64,000 nt of DNA from Firmicutes bacterium HGW-Firmicutes-16 (GTDB lineage Bacteria; Bacillota; Clostridia; Oscillospirales; Oscillospiraceae): contig PGZZ01000010.1 in assembly GCA_002841545.1 (NCBI GenBank), forward strand, positions 1 through 64,000, read 5' to 3'. Position numbers and translations under genes: made by a program. The notes beneath the pieces are model-generated. The model had not been told where the DNA came from. It saw only the letters and a list, made by a program, of their open reading frames with translations, and did no database searches. Shown here piece by piece: positions 19,306-27,986 of this stretch (the first letter of the stretch is position 1; every line of letters starts with the position of its first letter).

Positions 19306-20919
19306 TCAGTCTGAGACCGCAAGTGGGACTACTTCATCAGCCTCTTTGGCGTTTCCGATTATCGCCCACGCAATAAGCGCGGCTATTATGGATAACGGCA
19401 GGGAAACAACAATTGCATCCACCATTGAGAGAGTGCTGAGCGGTGTATCCCTCACGATTGACGTAGTACCGAAGATTAGTTTGCATATCTGCAGGCTACC
19501 GGAGGTTTTCTCCTGAACAAAGAACAGCCAGAGAAGACTTGTTGCGGAACCTGTGAGTATGCTTGCAATAGCTGCCTTCTTCGGAAATTTCTTAATATAG
19601 AGCGCAGCAATATAGGTCGGCAGAAAAGCAGCTGCGCACAGACCGTAAAACATAGAAGTGCCGATTGCAATTATCGCCATGCTGACGTCCAGCTTGCTGG
19701 AAAGCCAGGTAAGCAGCATGCTGATTATAAGCCCGATCATCATTGCAATACGGGTCAAAGGAATAGTGTCAGCTTTGAGCTTAAGCGATTGCTTCAAAAA
19801 GTCGCTTCCGAGAGCCGTTCCCATTGTATGGATAAGGGCGCTAAGTGTGGAAATACCCGCCGCCATGAGCACGACGAGGAAAACTCCGCCGAACCACTCG
19901 GGCAGGAAGGTTTTGATGAAGATGGGTATGATGCCGTCGTTTGAACCGGCGGCGATGATCGAAACCTGTCCAGTAGTGTTATAGAAAGCAACGTTGGATA
20001 GAGCCCCGACCGTAAAAGCTACGCCTGTCATGAATAGGATGAAGATACCGCCCGAGAGGACTGCGCGATTTAGTTCCCGGCCGCTTTTAACCGTCATAAA
20101 CTTCACCGAGAGCTGAGGCTGAGCGAGAACGCCGATTCCAACGCCCGCCACAAGAGTTGTTACTATGTTCCACCAGACCGGCGTGCCGCCTTTTGGCATT
20201 GTGGTCCAGCCTGTGAAGCCGCCTTTTATGAGCTTTTCTACCTGTTCCGTTATGCCCGGTTTAGTTATAAGCTCTGAAAGAGCAGTATGAGCGCGTGTCA
20301 CGCCGCCGAGCATCGAATAGGTATAAATGATGAGAAAGGCCATGCCTGCAAACATTATTGCACCTTGGAAAGCATCCGCATACATGATGCCTTTAAGCCC
20401 GCCCATTATAACGAATACCGCGACAAGAACTCCAACTATTATAAGTACAACATCAAAGCCGGCTCCGGTATAATTCGATACGAAATCAACGATTCCCTTT
20501 AGCACCGCCGAAGCATAGACCGGCATGAACAAAAAGATAAGGATTCCGGCATAGCCCTGTATAAATTTTGAATTAAAGCGGCGTGCAAAGAGCTCCGGCA
20601 TTGTATTTGAACCCAGTTTGTAACCGATTTCTCTCGTTTTCTTGCCGAATACAACGAAAGCGATTAAAACTCCGACGAAAATATTGAATACAGTAAGCCA
20701 TAACAGCCCCATTCCGAACTGCCCTGCAGCGCCTCCAAAACCGACGATGGCTGAGGTACTGATAAAGGTGGCACCGTAGGACAGAGCCATAACAATTGGA
20801 TGCATGTCCCTTCCGGCCAGAAGATAATCGCTGGTGGTCTTTGTTTTCTTGAAGCCTATGTAGGAGAATAACGACAATACCAAAACATAAACAATCAGGC
20901 TTACTATAATATAAATCAT
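19306..20919 (-). CDS. Sodium:solute symporter (SSS) family transporter
   Basis: 537-aa protein with 13 or more TM helices and PutP/PanF-like SSS topology. Translationally coupled to the upstream small accessory gene (ATGA overlap). Confidence 0.85.
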   Translation of the reverse strand: MIYIIVSLIVYVLVLSLFSYIGFKKTKTTSDYLLAGRDMHPIVMALSYGATFISTSAIVGFGGAAGQFGMGLLWLTVFNIFVGVLIAFVVFGKKTREIGYKLGSNTMPELFARRFNSKFIQGYAGILIFLFMPVYASAVLKGIVDFVSNYTGAGFDVVLIIVGVLVAVFVIMGGLKGIMYADAFQGAIMFAGMAFLIIYTYSMLGGVTRAHTALSELITKPGITEQVEKLIKGGFTGWTTMPKGGTPVWWNIVTTLVAGVGIGVLAQPQLSVKFMTVKSGRELNRAVLSGGIFILFMTGVAFTVGALSNVAFYNTTGQVSIIAAGSNDGIIPIFIKTFLPEWFGGVFLVVLMAAGISTLSALIHTMGTALGSDFLKQSLKLKADTIPLTRIAMMIGLIISMLLTWLSSKLDVSMAIIAIGTSMFYGLCAAAFLPTYIAALYIKKFPKKAAIASILTGSATSLLWLFFVQEKTSGSLQICKLIFGTTSIVRDTPLSTLSMVDAIVVSLPLSIIAALIAWAIIGNAKEADEVVPLAVSD

Positions 20920-21050
20920 TTATTGTCATCCTCCTTTTCCTTAGTGGCGTCCTTGTTCCAATTGAGAACTCCGTAAACGACACAGAAAATTGCGCCGCCG
21001 GCAGATAGTAGATAGGCAAGACAAATTGATACATCTGTCAATCCCAACAT
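20916..21050 (-). CDS. Symporter small accessory membrane protein (DUF997/YhdT-like)
   Basis: 44 aa (MLGLTDVSICLAYLLSAGGAIFCVVYGVLNWNKDATKEKEDDNK) with a single TM helix. RBS GGGAGG. Such a small membrane protein overlapping the start of an SSS gene is the canonical arrangement. Confidence 0.55.
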   Translation of the reverse strand: MLGLTDVSICLAYLLSAGGAIFCVVYGVLNWNKDATKEKEDDNK

Positions 21051-21154
21051 GTTTTTTCCTCCCTTTTCTTTTTTAGTTATTGTTGAAATGCTACGGTGTG
21101 GAAGGAGCGTGAGGGCCGTGGTTTTCGAAATTTTGCCTAAGGCCTGAGAAATAC

Positions 21155-21440
21155 AAAAAAGCCTTCCATCCCTATAAAAATAGGGACGAAAGGCTCTATA
21201 AGCATTCCGCGATACCACCCTGGTTCACATATACCAAAAGATATAATGCGCGCTCTTTATCGGATACTGATCATATCCTATCCCTTTAACGGAGGACTCC
21301 GCACCCACCTACTAATTTTTCAGAGGGCGCGCTCGGAAGGGAACTTCGGCGGATTTATCTTTAGGTCTGCTTTCAGTCAACGACAGACCCTCCCTGATAA
21401 GACAGCACAGCGTACTTTCCTTCTTCATCGCGTTTTAGTG
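21155..21440 (-). promoter_or_regulatory. T-box riboswitch leader (minus strand) with terminator/antiterminator, upstream of the symporter operon
   Basis: The minus strand reads AACCAGGGUGGUAUCGCGG, which matches 13 of 14 positions of the T-box consensus AGGGUGGNACCGCG. It is followed by a 15-bp terminator stem (agcctttcgtcccta/tagggatggaaggct) plus U6. An F-box-like CCGUUA and a GCGAUGAAGAAGG K-turn-like start lie upstream. Confidence 0.65.
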
Positions 21441-21453
21441 TTAAATTAATCGA

Positions 21454-21483
21454 AGTATACAGGATTAACCAGTGCGTTGTCAA
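21454..21483 (-). promoter_or_regulatory. Sigma-A-type promoter for the T-box leader (minus strand)
   Basis: Minus strand TTGACA, 18-nt spacer, extended -10 TGtATACT. Confidence 0.5.
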
Positions 21484-21642
21484 CAGTTATTTTTGTGGCG
21501 GCATAATAAGTCGCGATAAACAAGAGCGCTGAAAGAACTACACGTATTTCCTAGGAAATACATGCAACCAATCATTAATCGCGGATAATAGCAGGAGCCG
21601 CAGCTGGTGAGATTGCGGGCTCCTGCTATTTTTACAATTTGT

Positions 21643-22137
21643 CTAAATCTCAATTTTTATATAGTCCTGCTCTTCAAGAAATATCTTGTAGGTATCGGTC
21701 AGATAGGTTCTCTCAGGCAGACAGATAAGCAGTGTGCCGTCGCCGTGGAGGGGGAAGGGTGCGCCGTGCCAAGCGCCTGCGCGGAAAATTGTCATTGTGC
21801 CTTTTGGGATAATAAATGCCTCAAGCTTATCGGGCTCCGGTACTCCGCCGTTTGCGGGACCTGCATACATCACCATGTCGTCGTCAAAGGGCATCATGAC
21901 CTCAGAGGCTTCGGAATGGTATTCTACGTCACGAATCAGCATTTCGCGCGGGCCGACCTTCAGCGAGCCGAAGGCGATGGTCGCGGAGGAAGCCATGGGC
22001 GCAAGAGCCATATCGCGGTGGAAGGTGCAGGGGTAAGAACCCAGACCATAGGCGTCACCGGGGTCTGCTATGTTTGCAAGATAACCATAGGGCGCCCAAT
22101 TTTCCTGAGTCACAGGTACTGCTTTAATTGTTTTCAT
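21643..22137 (-). CDS. Cupin-like protein of the ureidoglycolate-lyase (AllA)-like fold, function unknown
   Basis: 164 aa. The N-terminus (IKAVPVTQENWAPYGYLANI) resembles AllA-family proteins. Start was placed at ATG 22137, which has a GGGTG RBS. It is the last gene of the lsrR-lsrK operon. Confidence 0.4.
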   Translation of the reverse strand: MKTIKAVPVTQENWAPYGYLANIADPGDAYGLGSYPCTFHRDMALAPMASSATIAFGSLKVGPREMLIRDVEYHSEASEVMMPFDDDMVMYAGPANGGVPEPDKLEAFIIPKGTMTIFRAGAWHGAPFPLHGDGTLLICLPERTYLTDTYKIFLEEQDYIKIEI

Positions 22138-22150
22138 AGCCACACCCTTT

Positions 22151-22501
22151 TCAGAATTTGTAGTTTTCTACTGATACCTTGTCGATTTCTTGATAAGGCG
22201 CCAAGGTTGAAACCATCTTTATAGGCTTATCGCTTACATTTATGCAGTAGTGCACTTCATTCGGCTCGATATGAATGAAGTCGCCGGCCTTCATATGGTT
22301 TACCGTTCCATCAACTACGATGTCCACTTCACCCTCGATAATATAGAAATTTTCCTCCATCACATTGTGATAGTGGGCGTCGAAATCATCACCGGGCATG
22401 AACTGCACAAGAGCAAAATTCATGCGCGGGCCTTTCATGAGATACTTTGGCCCACTGTCTCCAAAGCGGTACTCTCTCTCATTTTCATTCAGAACAAACA
22501 T
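22151..22501 (-). CDS. Cupin-domain protein
   Basis: Cupin motifs HYHNVMEENFYIIEGEV and GDFIHIEPNEVH. Start was placed at ATG 22501, which has a GGAGG RBS. Lies 36 nt downstream of lsrK. Confidence 0.6.
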   Translation of the reverse strand: MFVLNENEREYRFGDSGPKYLMKGPRMNFALVQFMPGDDFDAHYHNVMEENFYIIEGEVDIVVDGTVNHMKAGDFIHIEPNEVHYCINVSDKPIKMVSTLAPYQEIDKVSVENYKF

Positions 22502-22537
22502 GGCGTTACCTCCAGTAAAATATTTTTGCACGGCGGT

Positions 22538-24103
22538 TTATACGCCGGGTGCTCTCCACATATTTTTCGTTAATCCTCTATCGGTGAGGCTGAGCTGAGC
22601 CGCATAGACTTCATGCCAGATGGGATACATTTTTTCGTAAACTGCATGATTTACAAGGTCGGGTGTAAAAGTGCGTTCGATTTTGGCGATGCGTCTCGCT
22701 GTTTCGGGAATGTCTTTGTATATGCCAACGCCGTAGCCTGCGAGTATCGAGGCGCCGAGAGCGGTGGCCTCCTTGACTACGGGCACCTTTACGGGCATTC
22801 CCATCACGTCCGCAAGTATCTGACACCAGAGCGTGCTTTTAGAAGCGCCGCTTGCGAAGATAATCTCGCTGGGACGGTTGCCGGTGGCCTCTTCGACAAG
22901 CTCCATGTGCCCTTTGGCAAGCATTGCGGTGTTCTCGAGTATTGCGCGATAGAAGGTAAAGCGGCTGAACTTTTCGGGATCCAGCTCGAAATTAGTAAAG
23001 GTGGGGGAGGCGTGCTTCCAGCTGATAAAGTTCATCACGTCGGAAAAACAACACATCATTCCATAGCAGCCCGCAGGTATTTTCTCCGCTTCTCTGTTCA
23101 TAAGGTCGTAAGGATCTTCTCCGGTTTCTTCCGCCTGCTTCTTTTCAAGCTGGCAAAAGCCATCGCGGAACCAACGCATGACAAGCCCCGGCTTGAACGC
23201 GAGCGCTTCATATTGCCAGACTCCGGGTACGGCGTGACAGTTAACGCGCACGCGGCAGCCTTCGTCGGTTTTTCCGGTTGCGGTGTTAAATTCGTATTGC
23301 CAGAAGCTTCCGCCAAGAACCACCGCCTGATTGGGCTCGGTTGCGCCGAGACCAATGGTTCCCAGCTGGCAATCGCCTCCGCCGACGACTACGGGCGTAC
23401 CTTCTTTTAGTCCTGTTTGTTCAGCACCGACCGCACTGATACCCGAAAGCACGGTGCCGCATTCTACGACGGGAGGGAAAATGTCCCCTCGCAGACCGCA
23501 TTTTATCGCGATTTCAGGATCCCAGTCGCGTTTTTGCAAATCTAATATTCCGGTTGTTGAACCATTTGAGGGTTCAACAGCGAGTTCGCCTGTCAGTTTA
23601 TAGATAAGCCAGTCGTTGAACATTCCGAGCTTTGCGACACGCTTATATATTTCCGGCTCCTTGTCCTTTACCCACAGCAAACGAGGCAGTGCGCCGAGAG
23701 CATAGGTTTCTCCGGTTTTGCTGTATATTTCCTTCTCGAGCAGCGGATCAAGCCCGATTAGCTTTGCGACCTCATCGTTGCTGCGAGCATCGACGTTGGC
23801 GCAGGCCCAAATTTCCTTACCGTCTGAGTCGTAGAGAACAATGCCCTCACGCATAGAGGTCGTTGACACCGCGGCGATATCCGCAGGCGAAATTCCCGTC
23901 TGCGCCAGTACACCCTTAATACAACCGGACGCAAGACGCCAGTTAAACTCCCAGTCAAAGTTCATACTTCCGGGGTATCTCGGGTCTTCCTTGTGTTCCC
24001 ATTCTTCCTGGACGCATCCAAGCTGCTTGCCCTCTGTGTCGAACAATACAGCACGCACGCTGCCTGTTCCCGCATCCACGGCTAATAGATACTGGTCTGA
24101 CAT
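22538..24103 (-). CDS. lsrK: FGGY-family carbohydrate kinase, autoinducer-2 kinase LsrK-like
   Basis: The N-terminal YLLAVDAGTGSVRAVLFDTEGKQLG...EWEHKEDPRYPGSMNFDWEFNW closely parallels E. coli LsrK ([24 protein letters not shown]...EW.HL..P.VPGSMEFD). Start was placed at ATG 24103 (RBS GGGAGG). Confidence 0.8.
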   Translation of the reverse strand: MSDQYLLAVDAGTGSVRAVLFDTEGKQLGCVQEEWEHKEDPRYPGSMNFDWEFNWRLASGCIKGVLAQTGISPADIAAVSTTSMREGIVLYDSDGKEIWACANVDARSNDEVAKLIGLDPLLEKEIYSKTGETYALGALPRLLWVKDKEPEIYKRVAKLGMFNDWLIYKLTGELAVEPSNGSTTGILDLQKRDWDPEIAIKCGLRGDIFPPVVECGTVLSGISAVGAEQTGLKEGTPVVVGGGDCQLGTIGLGATEPNQAVVLGGSFWQYEFNTATGKTDEGCRVRVNCHAVPGVWQYEALAFKPGLVMRWFRDGFCQLEKKQAEETGEDPYDLMNREAEKIPAGCYGMMCCFSDVMNFISWKHASPTFTNFELDPEKFSRFTFYRAILENTAMLAKGHMELVEEATGNRPSEIIFASGASKSTLWCQILADVMGMPVKVPVVKEATALGASILAGYGVGIYKDIPETARRIAKIERTFTPDLVNHAVYEKMYPIWHEVYAAQLSLTDRGLTKNMWRAPGV

Positions 24104-24154
24104 ATTCGCACCTCCCAAAAAGAATTAATAAGTATAGTATTGCACAATATTGTG

Positions 24155-25075
24155 CTATTCACCGTTTTTGGCGAGTACTGCTTCGGCAGTATCCTCGTCT
24201 GTTATAAGTACATTGAGAAGTCCCGCGCGCAGAGCGCCCAGTATGGCGTCAACCTTGTTAACGCCCGCAGAAACGCCGATGACACGGTTCAGGGATTTAA
24301 GTGTCTGCAAAGGTGTGCTTATGAGACGGCTGTCAAGTTCCGCACCGACAGGCTCGCCGTTCTTGTCGTAGAAATGACACAGCACGTCTCCAACGGCATT
24401 CTGCATTGAGAGCAGGCGAAAATCGTTTTTGGTTATCGTGCCGCCTTTGACAACCGTTGCGTCGTCGTTCATGCCGCCTATGCCCACAACTGTTGCGGAG
24501 GCGAGCTTATGCATCATCAGAACCTCCTGAACGGAGGGCTCGGCGATAATCGCCTTTGCCATTTCTGAGGACGACACGACGAGAGGGGCTGGCATGAGGA
24601 AGAGCTTCGCGTTGAATATGCTGGATTTCGCTTCCGGTAGATAGCAGCTAACACCGCCGGAAAGAGAAATTATTGACAGGGTCTTTTCGGTGGTCGTAGC
24701 AAGATAATTGAGTACCTTGCCGAGCGTATAGCCGTAACCCATATTTATATAGTCGTTTTCCGAGGCGGATGATTCAATATACATAGCAGCGGCATATGCC
24801 ACGTTCTCGGCCGCGCCCATACCGTTCACCGGTGAAGGTACAATAAATACATCGCTGAGGCCCCAGGTGTCGGCCATTTTTTTCTCAATGTCGAAACGGC
24901 GAAAGCTGTCCTCCCTAAGTCGGAAGCTGACAATGCCGCTCTGGCGAGCCATGTCCAGAAGCTTCATTACATGTACGCGTGTGACTCCGAGCTTTTCTCC
25001 AATGCTCTGCTGAGTAAGTCCGCCGACATAGTAGTACCACGCGGATTTTGCCATGAGAATTTCTTCGTATTCCAC
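24155..25075 (-). CDS. lsrR: SorC/DeoR-type sugar-binding transcriptional regulator, LsrR-like
   Basis: The N-terminal HTH (AWYYYVGGLTQQSIGEKLGVTRVHVMKLLDMARQSGIVSFRL) is LsrR/CggR-like. C-terminal SorC sugar-phosphate-binding domain. Confidence 0.8.
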   Translation of the reverse strand: MEYEEILMAKSAWYYYVGGLTQQSIGEKLGVTRVHVMKLLDMARQSGIVSFRLREDSFRRFDIEKKMADTWGLSDVFIVPSPVNGMGAAENVAYAAAMYIESSASENDYINMGYGYTLGKVLNYLATTTEKTLSIISLSGGVSCYLPEAKSSIFNAKLFLMPAPLVVSSSEMAKAIIAEPSVQEVLMMHKLASATVVGIGGMNDDATVVKGGTITKNDFRLLSMQNAVGDVLCHFYDKNGEPVGAELDSRLISTPLQTLKSLNRVIGVSAGVNKVDAILGALRAGLLNVLITDEDTAEAVLAKNGE

Positions 25076-25332
25076 AAAATCACCTCAATAATTGATAGGA
25101 CGCACCATATATGTAATATTATGCTACAATTGTCAGATAAAACAACAATTGTATCGCGGCGCGACAAAAATCTTTTGTTATAAGCATAACAGCTCTCTCG
25201 GCTGATGTCAATATGCCACTCGCTGATTTTCCGGCATAATGTCCATAAAAATTTGAAAACCTCCAATTACACCCATGATAATTGCCGAACAAGAAGAAAA
25301 TAACAGACGTATTAAAAAAATCGGTAGATATA

Positions 25333-25361
25333 TTGACAAACAGCAAATCATGATTTATGAT
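25333..25361 (+). promoter_or_regulatory. Sigma-A-like promoter for lsrACDBF
   Basis: TTGACA, 17-nt spacer, TATGAT. About 75 nt upstream of the TTG start at 25438. Confidence 0.45.
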
Positions 25362-25437
25362 AAACAAAAAGAGGTCAGAGAAACATACAAATGTCGGAAC
25401 AAGTGACAATTATTCTAGCGTTAAGGGGGGAGCACAA

Positions 25438-26961
25438 TTGATCGAAAGTAATGGTGCACCAAAATTACTGTCTGTCCGGGGAATAACGAAAGCCTTCGGC
25501 ACCAATAGGGTACTTAAGTCTGTTGCGCTTGATCTTGAGCAGGGAGAGATTCTCGCGCTGATCGGCGGAAACGGCGCCGGTAAAAGCACGCTGATGAAGA
25601 TAATTATGGGTATCTATCAACCCGACGGCGGAGAGATAACCATAAACGGAAAAATAACGGCTATGACAAAGCCGTCCGTTGCGCTTTCGTCGGGCATATA
25701 CATGGTTCCACAGGAGCCCATGCTGTTCCCGAACATGACGGTCGAGGAAAACATAACGATGGGCTTCAAAGAGAGCCAACGTGAGCTGCGAAACCGACTC
25801 AAAAATATAATGGAAGACATCGGCTGGAAATTCGACCTAGGACGCAAGGCAAGCAGCCTGTCCATAGCGGAGCAGACTCTGGTCGAAATACTACGCGCAC
25901 TCCTTCGCGAGGCAAAGGTTCTCATTTTGGATGAGCCTACATCAGCTCTGACCTTTGACGAGGTCGAAAGCTTTTTCCGCGTGATCGAGGATCTGCGAAA
26001 AAAGGGAATAGGCATCATTTATATTACGCATAGACTTGCAGAGGTCTTTGAGATTGCCACTCACGTTTCAATTATGTGCGACGGTATCATAACACTGCAT
26101 GGCCCGGTGGTCGATTTCAACAGGGAAATGCTTGTTAAAAGCCTCATGCCGCCGAATACCGAGCATGTCGAAAGCAAAGCGAATGAGTGCAAGATAATGG
26201 ACTACGAAGGGAAAAAGCCGGTTTTCGAGCTTCAAAATTTCAGCGGCTTCGGTTTTAACAATATATCATTAAAAGTGTATCCGGGTGAAATTCTGGGCGT
26301 GGCGGGCGTTGTCGGCGCGGGACGCACCGAGCTTGTCAGCACCATCTTCGGCAGAGACAAGGTTCTGGGCGGTCACGCGGTTCTGGACGGCGCGGACATC
26401 ACCGGCATGAAAACAAAGGATATTCTTAAAGCGGGAATTAACTATGTTCCTGAGGATAGATACCTTTACGGAATCTACGGTATCAGCTCCGTCGGGTCCA
26501 ATATGTCGAGCGCAAGCCTAAACGACAAGTCACTCGGACGTTTCATCCTTAATCGTAAGAATGAGCAGTCACTGGCTCAGACTTACATAGACAATTTCAG
26601 AATTAAGGTCACCGATCAGGAGCAGCTTATGTCGAGTCTCTCCGGCGGCAATCAGCAAAAGGTCGTGCTCGGGCGTTCGCTTTCCACTAAGCCGAAGCTC
26701 GTTATCATGGACGAGCCTACCCGAGGCATCGATGCCGCAGCTCGCGGAGATATATACACCATTATCCAGAAGCTCCGTGACGAGGGGGTCGCAATATTGC
26801 TCGTGTCCTCTGACATGGAGGAAATTATCGAATTGGCCGACAGAGCTGTCTGCGTTTTCCAAGGAAGGATAAACGCCGAGCTCTGCAAGGAAGAAATTAC
26901 TCAGGATAAGCTCACCTCCGCGTCATTCGGTGTGGTGACAGAAAAGGAGGGGGCAGTATGA
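25438..26961 (+). CDS. lsrA: Sugar ABC transporter ATP-binding protein with duplicated ATPase domains, LsrA-like
   Basis: Two Walker A / ABC signature sets (GGNGAGKST..LSGGNQQ). Start was assigned to TTG 25438, which has an AAGGGGGG RBS 7 nt upstream. The longer track ORF carries a non-homologous extension. Confidence 0.8.
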   Translation: MIESNGAPKLLSVRGITKAFGTNRVLKSVALDLEQGEILALIGGNGAGKSTLMKIIMGIYQPDGGEITINGKITAMTKPSVALSSGIYMVPQEPMLFPNMTVEENITMGFKESQRELRNRLKNIMEDIGWKFDLGRKASSLSIAEQTLVEILRALLREAKVLILDEPTSALTFDEVESFFRVIEDLRKKGIGIIYITHRLAEVFEIATHVSIMCDGIITLHGPVVDFNREMLVKSLMPPNTEHVESKANECKIMDYEGKKPVFELQNFSGFGFNNISLKVYPGEILGVAGVVGAGRTELVSTIFGRDKVLGGHAVLDGADITGMKTKDILKAGINYVPEDRYLYGIYGISSVGSNMSSASLNDKSLGRFILNRKNEQSLAQTYIDNFRIKVTDQEQLMSSLSGGNQQKVVLGRSLSTKPKLVIMDEPTRGIDAAARGDIYTIIQKLRDEGVAILLVSSDMEEIIELADRAVCVFQGRINAELCKEEITQDKLTSASFGVVTEKEGAV

Positions 26962-27986
26962 AGCTTAAAAAAATGATGGGCAGAACCCGCTGGATTTCGA
27001 GCTTAGTTTTTCTGGTTGCCCTCTTTCTGATAGTCGGAAGCATAAACAGCTCGTTTCTAACTGCGGAAAGCATAATCAGCTGCCTTAATAACAGCGTGGT
27101 TTACATGCTCCTTGCCGTCGGTATAGCATTCGTTATACTCTGCGGAGAAATAGATGTTTCGATCGGCGCGACGATGGGACTCGCTGCTGCAATGGCGGGT
27201 ACAATGGCTCAGAATGGTCAGAGCTTGGGCGTTATGATAGTCTATGCTCTTGTTCTCGGCATAGCTGTCGGAGTGTTCAACGGCATAGGCGTCGCAATCC
27301 TAGGCATCCCCTCGCTAATATTCACACTCGGCGCCGGCGGTATCCTGCGTGGAATCGTGTATCTCTATTCCGGCGGCCGTACAGTCGAAAACTTCGCCGG
27401 CAGCTTCACATCACTCAATAATACCACGGTCTTTTCTGGAATAACTTGGTTCTTTACCTTGGCATTCGTCATCGTCATAGCCGTATATTTCATCCTGACT
27501 TATACGAAAAGAGGAAAGTATTTCATTGCTGTTGGCGATAATATTAACGGCGCGATACTTGTTGGTCTGCCCGCAAAGCAAACAAAAATTGTGGCTTACA
27601 TCATTTCCGGCTGCTTCGCTGCCTTTGCAGGTATTATATTTGCCTCCAAATATGGACAAGTTAATATTGTTGCGGGTTCAGGTTATGAAATGTCGGCCAT
27701 TGCGGCCTGCGTCATCGGCGGAATTTCGCTGACGGGCGGTCTTGGCGACGTAATAGGCGCGATGATAGGCGCTGTAATAATGGCGTCGATTACGAAGATA
27801 CTCGTTTTCGTCGGCCTATCTTCTGATTACAACAACACAATAACAGGCGTCATGCTAATAACGATAGTTGTAGTGGACGCATTGACACAGCGCCGTGCTA
27901 CCGAAAGTGCGAGGCGCAAGCGGCTTGCGGCAAGATCAGCCCCCGGTGCTTCACCGCAGCCTTTGGCTGAGGAGGTAGCAATATGA
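26958..27986 (+). CDS. lsrC: ABC transporter permease, LsrC-like
   Basis: Ribose-type ABC permease topology. Start overlaps the lsrA stop. Confidence 0.75.
   Translation: MKLKKMMGRTRWISSLVFLVALFLIVGSINSSFLTAESIISCLNNSVVYMLLAVGIAFVILCGEIDVSIGATMGLAAAMAGTMAQNGQSLGVMIVYALVLGIAVGVFNGIGVAILGIPSLIFTLGAGGILRGIVYLYSGGRTVENFAGSFTSLNNTTVFSGITWFFTLAFVIVIAVYFILTYTKRGKYFIAVGDNINGAILVGLPAKQTKIVAYIISGCFAAFAGIIFASKYGQVNIVAGSGYEMSAIAACVIGGISLTGGLGDVIGAMIGAVIMASITKILVFVGLSSDYNNTITGVMLITIVVVDALTQRRATESARRKRLAARSAPGASPQPLAEEVAI

Noticed and set aside
21100-21450. Considered whether this structured ~300-nt intergenic segment encodes a housekeeping ncRNA (RNase P RNA, tmRNA, SRP/6S RNA).
   Set aside because: It has no GGAAAGUCCGG (RNase P) or tmRNA resume/tag features and no 3' CCA. 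The T-box sequence, F-box-like element and terminator on the minus strand explain it instead.
21597-21640. 12-bp hairpin agcaggagccgc/gcgggctcctgct with T-tract, oriented as a plus-strand terminator, 8 nt beyond the end of the minus-strand lsrR-K-cupin operon.
   Set aside because: The U-tract is on the wrong strand for the only nearby operon. It may act bidirectionally (A-tract on the other side). Called as noted only.
21607-22224. 205-aa plus-strand ORF overlapping the cupin genes, and 21246..21449 plus-strand ORF inside the T-box leader.
   Set aside because: They lie antisense to, or inside, better-supported features, have no RBS and low-complexity Cys/His-rich translations. Judged spurious.
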